Part shown: positions 30,392 through 40,440 of the stretch, piece by piece
Layout: each line of letters starts with the position of its first letter
Position numbering within the stretch: position 1 is the first letter of the stretch
Source of the DNA: Alphaproteobacteria bacterium
Lineage (GTDB): Bacteria > Pseudomonadota > Alphaproteobacteria > UBA7879 > UBA5542
NCBI GenBank assembly: GCA_046317875.1
Contig: JBKCVN010000011.1
Location: 10,898-74,897, forward strand
Direction: 5' to 3'
DNA: 64,000 bases
Position numbers and translations under genes: made by a program
The notes under the pieces: model-generated
What the model saw: the letters and a program-made list of their open reading frames with translations, nothing else
Told to the model about the DNA's origin: nothing
Database searches by the model: none

Positions 30392-33300
30392 ATGGACTGT
30401 AAATCAAAAATCGATATTCTAGACCATCTTAAAAAGTCATCCTCTTACTCGGCCGTTTCTGAAAAATTTTTGTCTTTTTTCCTGGGAAAAATTCCATCGG
30501 AAGATTTGAAGTTATATTCACCCGATAATTGGGCAGAACTTGGGTTGCGCTCGTTTCAATTTTGTGAACAGTCCTCTGGTTTGAAAATAGAAACCATCCC
30601 CCCACATACGGGTAAAACGGGGACATCTGTTTTTATTTTTCAGAATCATCGCCCCTTTTTGATCGATTCTTTGTATGCGGGTCTTGTGGCCCAGAAGCAG
30701 CATATTTCCCTGTTTTCCCATTTAGTTCTGAAGCTGGAACGCCAGGGAAAAAAGATAGTTTCGCTGGAAAAAGGAAATGCCACCATCACTGAACAGGGCC
30801 TGGATTCTTTTTTATACATTGAGTTAGAAGACACATTATCGGATGACCAACAGCAGGCGTTGGCAGAGTCCTTAAGAACCATCATGGGTGATGTAGAATT
30901 GGCGGTTAGGGATTGGCAACCCATGCGGCAAAAATTACATCAAGTGTGTGCCGATTATGAATATAATCAAGATCTGTCGGCGGTTGAAAAAAAAGAACAA
31001 GTTAACTTTCTAAAATGGCTAGATGAAGGGTTCTTCATCTTTTTGGGATATCGTTTTTGGCGAGCCACCAAAGATGAGCTGAAAGCTGTGGTTCCAGAAG
31101 AATCCTTAGGGATTACCAAAAAAAACTTGCACAGCTTCTTTGGACCCGATGGCCAGACTGAAAAAAATATTTTAGAGCAAACTCTTTTGTTAAAGTCACA
31201 TTTTAATGTGACGAAAACAATGGTTGAATCCAAGGTCCATCGGCCCGTGCCCATGGATGTGATTCGAATTACGGCCTGGGATCGGACCGGTCAGATCTGT
31301 GGAGAGCATCAGTTTTTTGGATTATTTACGGCGGCTTTTTATAATCGGCCTCTGCAAGATGTTCCCTGGATTCAAGAAAAGATTTCGAAGGTTCTAGAAA
31401 AATCCCAAATTTCCCCTGATTGGTATGATGGCCGTCGGCTTATGTATGTTCTAGAATCATTGCCCCGTGACATCTTGTTCCAACTGACGCCTGAAACAAT
31501 TTCGGAAACGGCCCATGCCATCATGGGCCTGAAAGAAAAACATAAAGTATCCTTATTTGTGTTGCGCGATTCTTTGGGGCATTTTTTGACAAGCCTTATC
31601 TATGTTCCAGCCGATAGATATGGGGCTTCTTTAGTTCAACGTATGGGTCAAATACTTGCAGATTGTTATAAAGGGCTTGTGGTTTCATCGGAAAGTCATC
31701 TGGGAGGAGATTTATCCTTTGCCCGTATTCATTATCTTATTTCAACCGATTCCCACCCCCAGCATAAAATTGTATGCGATATTGCCAGCACAGAAATGTT
31801 GTTAGGAGACCTGTCTTTATCGTGGGGCGAACAGCTGAAGAAACGGGCGCAAGAATCATTAATATCCTGTGATTCGGGTATCGAATCTTTATTTTCTAGG
31901 GCTTACCAAGAACATTTCTCGGTGCTTGATGCTTTAAAAGATTTGCCCTTTATTCAAAAATCTTTGAAAACAGGATCAAAAACCATTCGGTTATACGAGA
32001 TGCTGGACAATGAAGAAAAAGAAGTTCATTTAAAGATCTTCAGTCCCAGTTATCCTTTGTTTTTATCGGATATTTTTCCTAGTTTAGAAAATATGGGGCT
32101 GCGTATTTTGACAGAGGCCTCTTATCCATGCGGTGAGGGATCGGAGACTGTTTGGATTCATCACTTCAGAGCCTATCCTATTTCGTCTTTAGACCCTTTT
32201 GAAAAGGTTTATGATCATTTTATCGAGGTTCTAGAAAAAGTATTACATCGCAGCACGGAAGACGATTCTTTCAATCGCTTGGTGGTAGTGGCTAATTTAT
32301 CTAGCCAGCACCTTTTGTTGGTACGGGCTTACTATCGTTATATGCGACAACTGGGCTGGCCGTATTTACGCCCAAACATCGTTTCTGCTTTTGAAAGATA
32401 TCCTGTGGTTCTAAAAAAGCTAGGATCTCTATTTATGTCGCAGTTTGATCCTGAATGGCAAGCCGAGTCGACAGATGTGTTGTTGGGGGATATAAAAGAG
32501 GCCCTAAGCCGAATTGACAGTACGGAAGATGAAAATATTTTATCTTCTTTTTTGACGTTAATTCGCGCCACCCTTAGGACTAATTTTTTCCAAAAGGATT
32601 CCGAGGGTCGGCCCAAGAAATATGTATCCCTTAAATTTTCCCCCAGTTTGATTACGCCTTTAGAAGACACAAAACCATTATATGAAGTCTTTGTGTATGC
32701 CCCGTGGATGGAAGGGATTCACTTGCGCAGCGGGAAAGTGGCCCGTGGGGGGCTTCGATGGTCGGACCGACGGGGTGATTACCGTAAGGAAGTTCTGGAA
32801 CTGATGAAGGCCCAGTTGGTGAAAAATGCCGTGATTGTGCCCATGGGCTCAAAGGGTGGATTTTATGTAAAAACACCCATGGATCATCTGTCTTTTTCTC
32901 AACGTCAGGAAGTGGGGATTGAGGGTTACAAAACCTTTATTCGCGGGTTATTAGATATAACAGATAATTTGGTTAACGGTCAGGTGGTTCCCCCAAATCA
33001 AGTAAAATGCAGAGATGAAGACGATCCCTATTTAGTAGTGGCGGCGGATAAGGGGACGGCTACCTTTTCCGATATAGCGAACGCATTATCGCAAGAATAT
33101 GGTTTTTGGTTGGGGGATGCTTTTGCATCGGGTGGGTCCGCCGGGTATGACCATAAGAAAATGGGGATCACCTCCCGAGGAGCCTGGGAATCCATTAAGC
33201 GTCATTTCCGTGAATTAGGAAAATCCATGGACTCTCCATTCACTTTAGCGGGTGTGGGGGATATGTCGGGAGACGTTTTTGGAAATGGGATGTTATTATC

Positions 33301-34720
33301 GGATCAAATCAAACTGGTGGCGGCATTCAACCATGCCCATATTTTCATAGATCCTGCCCCCGATCCTGCGATTAGCTACCAAGAGCGCAAACGTCTGTTC
33401 CAACTGCCCCGTTCCCAATGGTCAGATTATAATCCTGATCTTCTTTCAAAAGGAGGGGGGATTTACGATCGAAAATCAAAATCTATTAGCCTTTCACCAG
33501 AAGCCCAAAAGATCTTGGGTATCAGTACACATGAGATTAAGCCCGACCATCTGATTCAACATATTCTTAAGCTGACCGTTGATTTATTATGGTTTGGGGG
33601 TATAGGGACTTATGTGAAATCTGCCACGGAAACAGACGAGGCGGTAGGAGATAGGGCAAATGATCTGGTGCGTATCAACGGCGACCAATTGGGGGCGGCC
33701 GTTGTGGGTGAGGGGGCAAACCTTGCCTTTACCCAAAAGGGTCGCATTGCCTATGCTATGAAGGGAGGCAAGCTCAATCGGGATTCGGTGGATAACTCGG
33801 CTGGGGTCGACTGCTCAGATCATGAAGTGAATATTAAAATCCTATTCCAAGGTATTATGAAAGCCGGCCATTTAGATGAACAGGGTCGAAATGAACTACT
33901 AAAAAGCATGACCGATGAAGTGGCTAGTTTGGTGGTGCGTCACAATTATTTGCAGACCCAAGCCATCAGTATGATTGAAAGTCGGGGATATAAGGCGTTG
34001 GCCCGACAGAATCGGTTGATTCGATTCTTTGAAGCCCAGGAAAGGTTGACGCGCGACCAAGAAGCGCTGCCGTCCGAAGAAGAGATAGAATCCAGAATCC
34101 AGCAGAAAAAAGGGTTAACGCGGCCTGAAATTGCGGTTTTGGTTTCCCACACTAAGTTATATTTGTACGAGAAAATTCTAGAATCGGATTTACCTAATGA
34201 TCCGGCTCTTTATGGTCATTTGAAATCCTATTTTCCTAACGCTTTGCAGACTCGATACCCTTCATTTATTGACCAGCATCCTTTGAAAAAGGAATTGATC
34301 GCTACCACCGAGGCGAATTTGTTGGTGAACCGACTGGGGGCATCATTTTTCTTTGAATTGGAACGCCATGCGGGTCTTGCCTTAGTTGAATTAATTCGCT
34401 TGTTTGTGACCATCAGAACGACATATGATTTAGACTGGTACTGGAATCGTATTGAAGAGTTAGATGGAAAGGTTTCTTATGGCGTGCAAAATCAGTTATT
34501 TAGTCTTTTGATTTTGTTTAGTGAACAGATGATCATCAGGTCATTAGAAAATCCCGATAGCGCATCCACGTTGGTAACAGAAACTCTATCCCCTCAGTCT
34601 CTCTCTATGTCCATATCCGAAAGTAATGTAGAAAAGTTGACTGCTTTATTAGAAAACAGTAAAGATATCAAGACTTTGCGATATGTTTTGATTCAACTTA
34701 AGGAAATTTTATGCCAGTAA
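30392..34720 (+). CDS. gdhB: NAD-specific glutamate dehydrogenase, large (Bac_GDH) type
   Basis: 1442 aa. The catalytic core resembles large NAD-GDHs (..GGLRWSDRRGDYRKEVLELMKAQLVKNAVIVPMGSKGGFYVK..). Confidence 0.85.
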   Translation: MDCKSKIDILDHLKKSSSYSAVSEKFLSFFLGKIPSEDLKLYSPDNWAELGLRSFQFCEQSSGLKIETIPPHTGKTGTSVFIFQNHRPFLIDSLYAGLVAQKQHISLFSHLVLKLERQGKKIVSLEKGNATITEQGLDSFLYIELEDTLSDDQQQALAESLRTIMGDVELAVRDWQPMRQKLHQVCADYEYNQDLSAVEKKEQVNFLKWLDEGFFIFLGYRFWRATKDELKAVVPEESLGITKKNLHSFFGPDGQTEKNILEQTLLLKSHFNVTKTMVESKVHRPVPMDVIRITAWDRTGQICGEHQFFGLFTAAFYNRPLQDVPWIQEKISKVLEKSQISPDWYDGRRLMYVLESLPRDILFQLTPETISETAHAIMGLKEKHKVSLFVLRDSLGHFLTSLIYVPADRYGASLVQRMGQILADCYKGLVVSSESHLGGDLSFARIHYLISTDSHPQHKIVCDIASTEMLLGDLSLSWGEQLKKRAQESLISCDSGIESLFSRAYQEHFSVLDALKDLPFIQKSLKTGSKTIRLYEMLDNEEKEVHLKIFSPSYPLFLSDIFPSLENMGLRILTEASYPCGEGSETVWIHHFRAYPISSLDPFEKVYDHFIEVLEKVLHRSTEDDSFNRLVVVANLSSQHLLLVRAYYRYMRQLGWPYLRPNIVSAFERYPVVLKKLGSLFMSQFDPEWQAESTDVLLGDIKEALSRIDSTEDENILSSFLTLIRATLRTNFFQKDSEGRPKKYVSLKFSPSLITPLEDTKPLYEVFVYAPWMEGIHLRSGKVARGGLRWSDRRGDYRKEVLELMKAQLVKNAVIVPMGSKGGFYVKTPMDHLSFSQRQEVGIEGYKTFIRGLLDITDNLVNGQVVPPNQVKCRDEDDPYLVVAADKGTATFSDIANALSQEYGFWLGDAFASGGSAGYDHKKMGITSRGAWESIKRHFRELGKSMDSPFTLAGVGDMSGDVFGNGMLLSDQIKLVAAFNHAHIFIDPAPDPAISYQERKRLFQLPRSQWSDYNPDLLSKGGGIYDRKSKSISLSPEAQKILGISTHEIKPDHLIQHILKLTVDLLWFGGIGTYVKSATETDEAVGDRANDLVRINGDQLGAAVVGEGANLAFTQKGRIAYAMKGGKLNRDSVDNSAGVDCSDHEVNIKILFQGIMKAGHLDEQGRNELLKSMTDEVASLVVRHNYLQTQAISMIESRGYKALARQNRLIRFFEAQERLTRDQEALPSEEEIESRIQQKKGLTRPEIAVLVSHTKLYLYEKILESDLPNDPALYGHLKSYFPNALQTRYPSFIDQHPLKKELIATTEANLLVNRLGASFFFELERHAGLALVELIRLFVTIRTTYDLDWYWNRIEELDGKVSYGVQNQLFSLLILFSEQMIIRSLENPDSASTLVTETLSPQSLSMSISESNVEKLTALLENSKDIKTLRYVLIQLKEILCQ

Positions 34721-35181
34721 AAAAGACCCGCCCATCTTCCTTTTGGTCGATGATGTGCCATTTATCTAGTTTACTAGGATTTCTGATTCCTGGTGCTTCT
34801 TTAATTGCGCCCTTGATTATTTGGGGAATGAAGCGAGAACAAGATTCCCTTATTAATAAAAATGGCCAGAATGTTATTAACTTTGTGTTAAGTTTTTGGG
34901 TCTATTCATTGGTCTTCTTTCTGATTGTTGGCCTATTTCTTCTGGGAATTTCAGTCTTCTTTGATTCGGGGCATTCTCCAAATGGCATCGTCCCATTGTT
35001 TTTAGGAGGGGGTCTTTTTTCCCTAGCATATCTAGTGAGCTATTTCTTGGCCCATCTAGCATTACCGATTTATGGTGGGATTAAAGCCCTAAATGCCGAA
35101 GTCTATCGCTATCCCCTTACCATTTCATTTCTGAAAGAACCGTCGGCCAATCTGACTGGTGGTAAATCTTCGGCCAAATAA
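34711..35181 (+). CDS. DUF4870-like small membrane protein
   Basis: 156 aa. Motif HLSSLLGFLIPGASLIAPLIIWGMKREQDS..NGQNVINFVLSFWVY...YRYPLTISFLK. Its 3' end overlaps convergent miaA by 65 bp. Confidence 0.6.
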   Translation: MPVKKTRPSSFWSMMCHLSSLLGFLIPGASLIAPLIIWGMKREQDSLINKNGQNVINFVLSFWVYSLVFFLIVGLFLLGISVFFDSGHSPNGIVPLFLGGGLFSLAYLVSYFLAHLALPIYGGIKALNAEVYRYPLTISFLKEPSANLTGGKSSAK

Positions 35182-36052
35182 AATCAGGCTTAATTTGGTG
35201 ACGAAACCAGGTGATTTGTCGCTTAGCATACTGGCGAGTTTTTTGTTGAATTTGTTCGATCATTTCTTCCTGGGATAAATAGCCTCTTAGATAGGCATAA
35301 ATATCTTCATATCCAATAGTTTTACAAGCGGTGGTTGAGGGAAGAATATGATTATCTTTAAGTTTTAAAACTTCTTTAATGGCCCCTTTATCAATCATTT
35401 GCTCGACCCGATTGTTAATTACTTTATGCAGGGCTTGACGGTCTGGCTCGATTAAAATCACTTTAATGGGGGATGGGAAAGAAATCTTTTTCTCGCGGGG
35501 TATTTGTTGCCATTCCGCCAAAGGTTTTTTTGTAAATTGAATAACTTCAAGGGCCCTGAGGATACGATGCGTGTTGTGCGGATCAATCTGACTGGCGGTT
35601 AGTGGGTCTTGTGTCTTAAGAAGGTTAAACATATATTCAGGAGAATTTCCAGATAAAATCTCTGTCAGCTTTGCCCGCACATCAGGGGGGGTATCGGGGA
35701 TGGGACTTAAGCCTTCTAACAGAGCGTTGATATAAAGACCTGTTCCACCCACAAAAACGGGGCAAGAAATGTCTTTTGTTTTCAGGTTATGTTCCACCAA
35801 AGTAAGCCATTTTCCAACGGAACCCCTTTCTGTCACTGAAAAAGAGCCATATAAAAGATGAGGGACTTTTTGCTGGTCAATTAAAAACGGCTGGGCTGAT
35901 AAAATTGGCAGTTCTTTGTAAAGCTGCATGCTATCTGCATTCAGCACGTGACCTTTTAAATGGCAGGCGATATCCAGTGCTAGGGCAGATTTTCCTGAAG
36001 CGGTCGGGCCACAAATAATATAGGTCGACATGATAAGATTATTTCTCTTCAA
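35117..36052 (-). CDS. miaA: tRNA dimethylallyltransferase
   Basis: 311 aa. P-loop GPTASGKSALALDIA plus MiaA core motifs. Confidence 0.9.
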   Translation of the reverse strand: MKRNNLIMSTYIICGPTASGKSALALDIACHLKGHVLNADSMQLYKELPILSAQPFLIDQQKVPHLLYGSFSVTERGSVGKWLTLVEHNLKTKDISCPVFVGGTGLYINALLEGLSPIPDTPPDVRAKLTEILSGNSPEYMFNLLKTQDPLTASQIDPHNTHRILRALEVIQFTKKPLAEWQQIPREKKISFPSPIKVILIEPDRQALHKVINNRVEQMIDKGAIKEVLKLKDNHILPSTTACKTIGYEDIYAYLRGYLSQEEMIEQIQQKTRQYAKRQITWFRHQIKPDFIWPKIYHQSDWPTVLSEMKW

Positions 36053-36686
36053 AGAGCATAACTGTTTCTTTCGAAAAAAAAGTTTGATGCTTTAATAACA
36101 GAACTTGATTGCAATACTTTATAGCTAAGTTTTCTTGATGAAGCGATAGAAAAATCAAACCACCCACTTTTGCGTACTCATTTAAAATCTGCAGAGTAAG
36201 ATCTTGATAGGTTGTATCCATGTGGCTGGTGATTTCATCTAAAATTATAATCTGATTATTTTTAATAAGAGCATATACTAAGAGAACCCTAGCTTTTTCA
36301 CCAGCTGAAAGAGTCAAAAAATTTTGCGAGAGTAAGGGGGTGATCCCTAGGCGATCAAGAAGGGGATGCTGAGTTGAAAATAAGGGATTTTCGATCTGGA
36401 GTATTTGCTGGGCGGACAAGGGCCAATGACAAATAGGGGTGGCGGGGATATAGGTGCGCAAAGAGGCCAATTGTTTTGCACTATAGGTTTTAATGTCTTG
36501 GGACCCCCAGTATATGGTGCCCGTATAGGAAGGATTTAGTCTGGCAAGAACACGGAGAAAGGATGTTTTTCCTATCCCATTAGGCCCAAGAATACCCACC
36601 ACCTGTCCTGTGGAAAAAGAAGCCGAGTAATGGCTGATCAAAGGTTTTTTATCAACAAACATGTGAAGGTTTTTAATATGGATCAT
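36039..36686 (-). CDS. ABC transporter ATP-binding protein (BtuD/FecE-like)
   Basis: Walker A GPNGIGKTSFL, signature LSAGEKARV, Walker B IIILDEITSHMD. Start taken at the internal Met (MIHIKNL), because the longer ORF overlaps the permease by 62 bp. Confidence 0.8.
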   Translation of the reverse strand: MIHIKNLHMFVDKKPLISHYSASFSTGQVVGILGPNGIGKTSFLRVLARLNPSYTGTIYWGSQDIKTYSAKQLASLRTYIPATPICHWPLSAQQILQIENPLFSTQHPLLDRLGITPLLSQNFLTLSAGEKARVLLVYALIKNNQIIILDEITSHMDTTYQDLTLQILNEYAKVGGLIFLSLHQENLAIKYCNQVLLLKHQTFFSKETVMLFEEK

Positions 36687-37641
36687 GTGATTTTTCTTTG
36701 TGAGTGAATGCAAAATATAAAAAGAAAGGGGCACCTAGTAATGCCGTAATGACGCCGATCTTCAGTTCGGTCTGGGTAGGGAGACAACGAATTAAAATGT
36801 CGGCCATTAGGCACAGAACCGCACCCCCCAAAGCCGAGGGGAGTAGCAACACGCTGGGCTTATGAGAAACATAAGGTCGAATCAGATGGGGAACGATTAA
36901 TCCCACAAATCCAATGCTGCCTCCCAGGGCCGTTAGGGGGCCCACACACAAGGCCGTACCTATAATGATCATAGGAATTAATTTCTTCATGGAATATCCC
37001 AAGCTTATGGCCATGTCTTCCCCAAGGCTCAGGGCGTTTAAAGCCAAGCGATAACGCCATAAGATGAAAAATCCCATACTTAAAAAAGGAATAGACCAGA
37101 AGATCACATCCAATGTCTCATGACTGAAAGACCCCATTAACCAAAACATGATTTCTAAATTTTTATAAGGGTTATCCGATAAATTAAGGGTTAAAGAAGT
37201 TAACGCCATAAGGAGGCTGTTGAATCCTAGGCCCATTAAAATCAGGGTTAACATACAAGGGTGTTTTGATAACACATAGTATAACAAGGCCAGTAATAGG
37301 GCGGCCCCCAACAGGCCCCATAAAGGAACAAACAAGGTAGAAACACCCAGGCTAATAGCCAACACAGATCCAAAAGAGGCAGCGGAGGCAATACCTATTA
37401 CACCGGCATCTGCCAAAGGGTTTCTGAAAAAACCCTGAAGAGTGGCGCCCGTTAAACCCAAGAATCCCCCTGTTAAAATGGCTAAGAGGGTGCGGGGGAG
37501 GCGCATGGTTTCCAAAACTGCCCACCCAAGCTGAGGGTCTGTATACAAAAGAGAAAAGGGAACATCGCCCACACTCAATGATATGCCAAACAGCAAAACT
37601 AATAATCCCCCTAGAACCCCATTCAGTTGTGTGTGTGTCAT
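36673..37641 (-). CDS. FecCD-family ABC permease (BtuC-like)
   Basis: 322 aa, 9-10 TM, FecCD signature region. Confidence 0.85.
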   Translation of the reverse strand: MTHTQLNGVLGGLLVLLFGISLSVGDVPFSLLYTDPQLGWAVLETMRLPRTLLAILTGGFLGLTGATLQGFFRNPLADAGVIGIASAASFGSVLAISLGVSTLFVPLWGLLGAALLLALLYYVLSKHPCMLTLILMGLGFNSLLMALTSLTLNLSDNPYKNLEIMFWLMGSFSHETLDVIFWSIPFLSMGFFILWRYRLALNALSLGEDMAISLGYSMKKLIPMIIIGTALCVGPLTALGGSIGFVGLIVPHLIRPYVSHKPSVLLLPSALGGAVLCLMADILIRCLPTQTELKIGVITALLGAPFFLYFAFTHKEKSHDPY

Positions 37642-38420
37642 GATGTTGTGCCACTTGTGTTTATCATTTTTATTAACTCTATCAAAGCAGGAGGGTAGGG
37701 GGAAAGCGTAAGCTTATGGGGCAGGATCTGTAACCGAATCCCTTTCTTTTCTAATAAACTCCAAAGGGGATGAGGAGCGGCAGGATCTAAAAAGAACACA
37801 GCAACCAGTGATGGCTGTATTAGGGATTCTAGGGAGTTATATGTCCACCCTTTCTTTTTTTCATACAGGTTTTCATAGGGCGTGGTTTTCAAAAGATCAT
37901 TCAACAAGGTACTGCCCCCGGGGCAAAGCCCTGCGCGGCCCCAAAAAACAGCTGTGGCTCGGGGCGTTTTTTGTGACAATTTCAGATCTTGAAGCCATGT
38001 TTCTGGTTTTCTTGAGCAGGGGAATAAACGCGAGAACAAATGAACCTGTTGTTCCAATTCCTGCAGAGACTGGGGATAGGATAAGGTGACGAGTTTAATT
38101 TTTCTGTCTTTACATATTTTCTCAATCAAAGGAGAAATGGGAGCATATCCAATTACCATTTTAAGGCTAGGGTGGAATAAAATTTCAGGTGATCCCTTAT
38201 GGGTTCTGAGAGACTGGGCCTGTGAAGACACGAACGATAGCTGGGGGTCTTTAGCCAAATGGCTGACAGCATAAATGTCATCATGGTCTGCTAGGTCCAC
38301 CACCCATTGGTCAGCGCCCAAATCCAATGACAAAATGCTGGCGGCTAAGGGCAGAAAGAAAATACTAAAAATGAACGTGCATGCCCACATAAAATTCTCG
38401 CCTAGGGGTTTGATATCCAT
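37638..38420 (-). CDS. Periplasmic substrate-binding protein (BtuF/FecB class III-like)
   Basis: Located between the TonB-dependent receptor and the permease. N-terminal signal segment (MWACTFIFSIFFLPLAASILS). The start is uncertain: the ORF track gives 38465, and the internal Met at 38420 is used here. Confidence 0.6.
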   Translation of the reverse strand: MDIKPLGENFMWACTFIFSIFFLPLAASILSLDLGADQWVVDLADHDDIYAVSHLAKDPQLSFVSSQAQSLRTHKGSPEILFHPSLKMVIGYAPISPLIEKICKDRKIKLVTLSYPQSLQELEQQVHLFSRLFPCSRKPETWLQDLKLSQKTPRATAVFWGRAGLCPGGSTLLNDLLKTTPYENLYEKKKGWTYNSLESLIQPSLVAVFFLDPAAPHPLWSLLEKKGIRLQILPHKLTLSPYPPALIELIKMINTSGTTS

Positions 38421-40158
38421 ATGTTTGTTCGTATCGTGTGTCAAAACAATTGTGAACCCTGCCAAAAACAGAAAAGCCTGGCTTTAATTCTTGTTTGATA
38501 GAGATATGAGTTAAAAAATAATCTTTCAAAGGTTCTCCGGAATAGCTGCGTCGCCGGCCTATGTAATGTAATTCGGGGGTAATTTTTACATCGGGAAAAA
38601 GCTCATGTTCTAGGCGACCTTGGGCTTTGTGTTTAGGAAATTCGGGGTTCACATTTGCCTTTGAACAATTCAGGTTTGTGTAACCATAAGATAAAAAGAG
38701 TTTCCAATCATCCTGTGGTGTATAGGTCAGCTGGGATTCAAACCCCGAAATATAAGTTTTTCCAGGCAAATTGACCGTGCGGTATCGATTGTTTTCAAAA
38801 ATAGCATGAATGGTTTTTTTTGTTTGAGTCCAAAACGGCGTTACCTGAAAAACAAGATTCTTGATAGGAAATTGTTTTTGAAGCGTGGCATCTATGGTTT
38901 GTGTTTGTTGGGGCTTAAGGGCAGGGTTCCCCTGTATGAAGGGATTGGTAATATACATCTCGTAATCGCTGGGGTTTAAAAAGCCCCTATGGATGCCAGC
39001 TTTTATAAGATGGGTGGTCGAGGTATGTGCTAAGCTGGCGGTGTAAGTTCCCTGTGAGCCCAATTTTTGATGTTGATCCAGGCGTGCCCCCACTTCTGCT
39101 GCCAGGTGGGGGGTGATCAAGATTTTTTGAAGACCACCGAGATGGGATAAAATAGCTGTTTTTTTCAAAAGGGGTGTGCTTTGAACGTGATGGGATTCAA
39201 CGCCCCCCAACAGGGTAGACACTAATCGGGGAGAAAGCGTATAGGTGCCTTCGTATGTCGCCCCCGTCATTAGAATTTGAGAGACGGGAGTTTCTGTATA
39301 TTTCAGTTTATGGTGGCTGGCGAATGTTCGGAAAAAATGATGGTGGGTGGGTAGGGTTTTTTCCAAGCCCACCCCTATTAAAGAAATATGATTCGTTTGA
39401 TTGCCTTGGGGTTTGGGGCTTAGGTGTTGGGGATCCAGATCATATTTGGAGGCATGTTCGCTGGTTCTGCCCGAGAGATGAAGTATGGAATCATGATCCA
39501 GTTGGTGTTGAAGGCGTGTGGCCAGCTGGGTATTATACATGCGTCCCTTTTCCCCCAACTTGCGGCTGGACCCATATTGAGGCAGACCCTGATTCCTGAG
39601 TCCTTGGCCATGAATAACCCACTTCGTTGAGGGGGTCGTATGTTGGTGGGCAAGATGGCCATACCCTGTTTGAAAGCTGCCCACCTCCACGGTGGCTGAA
39701 TTGGCTGAAGGCAAGAAAGGCGTTTCCATCAGTAAAAGGCCTCCACTGGAACCTTCCCCATATCGTACGCCGTGACTACCTGGTATGACTGACTTTAGTT
39801 GAGTGGTGCCTCCCCATAAGGGGGACAGATTAACATTCCCTGCCGTATCTTGAACGGGAACATCGTCGATTCTAAGTCTTGTATTACGGGAAGGTTGCCC
39901 CCGAAAACTGGCAGTACTAATCGCCCCTAAGCTGCCCATTTTTTTTAAATGAACACTGGGCAACGCCTCGAAGGCCTGGAGGGTAGCCGAGGGGGTGTTT
40001 TCAGTAGGCGGGGCAGAATAGCTTTGGGGATGAAGGTTGTCGTACCAAAGGCGCGTGCCCGAAATATCCAACACCACGGGATTTGCCTGAACAATACAAG
40101 TGCAGCACAAGAGCACAAGGTGAACAGTTAATAATTTAAACGACCAATTTTTTATCAT
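38365..40158 (-). CDS. TonB-dependent outer-membrane receptor (BtuB-like, 597 aa)
   Basis: The signal peptide begins at the internal Met (MIKNWSFKLLTVHLVLLCCTCIVQA). Plug plus 22-strand barrel ending ..YVGMHVHF. The longer ORF (start 40260) would run into the riboswitch and lacks a signal peptide. Confidence 0.8.
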   Translation of the reverse strand: MIKNWSFKLLTVHLVLLCCTCIVQANPVVLDISGTRLWYDNLHPQSYSAPPTENTPSATLQAFEALPSVHLKKMGSLGAISTASFRGQPSRNTRLRIDDVPVQDTAGNVNLSPLWGGTTQLKSVIPGSHGVRYGEGSSGGLLLMETPFLPSANSATVEVGSFQTGYGHLAHQHTTPSTKWVIHGQGLRNQGLPQYGSSRKLGEKGRMYNTQLATRLQHQLDHDSILHLSGRTSEHASKYDLDPQHLSPKPQGNQTNHISLIGVGLEKTLPTHHHFFRTFASHHKLKYTETPVSQILMTGATYEGTYTLSPRLVSTLLGGVESHHVQSTPLLKKTAILSHLGGLQKILITPHLAAEVGARLDQHQKLGSQGTYTASLAHTSTTHLIKAGIHRGFLNPSDYEMYITNPFIQGNPALKPQQTQTIDATLQKQFPIKNLVFQVTPFWTQTKKTIHAIFENNRYRTVNLPGKTYISGFESQLTYTPQDDWKLFLSYGYTNLNCSKANVNPEFPKHKAQGRLEHELFPDVKITPELHYIGRRRSYSGEPLKDYFLTHISIKQELKPGFSVFGRVHNCFDTRYEQTYGYQTPRREFYVGMHVHF

Positions 40159-40254
40159 TGTCCATGATTCATGTTGTTTCAAGTTATGGTCAGGTCGCGT
40201 ATGAAAAAAGCATAAGATATTCACACAGAATTGATCCCTCCGATCAATTGCATA

Positions 40255-40440
40255 GGACACTGATAAGGGCAGGTCTCCTGGCTTTAAGTGTTTTTAAAGA
40301 AGTGAAAAATCTTCCCAGGATTAACCCAGTGATTGAGAAATGTTGTTTTCTCGAGGCTTCACTTCACAGCTTTGACAGTTGCGGGGGCAGCTGTGGCTTT
40401 GCACCACATTCCCTTTTAACATTAAAGACCCTTACAATAG
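40255..40440 (-). promoter_or_regulatory. Cobalamin (AdoCbl) riboswitch
   Basis: Minus-strand RNA reads ..AAAAGGGAAtgtGGTGcAAAGCCacaGCtGCCCCCGCaACTGTcaaagc..., then the B12 box AAGCCAGGAGACCTGCCC (18-nt, 17 of 18 positions matching the consensus rAGYCMGgAgaCCkGCCd, at about 40267-40284). It sits about 100 nt upstream of the TonB-receptor start. Confidence 0.8.

Noticed and set aside
38365-40260. Long version (631 aa) of the TonB-dependent receptor ORF
   Set aside because: The first 34 codons lack a signal peptide and would overlap the B12 box. The signal peptide begins at the internal Met (start 40158).
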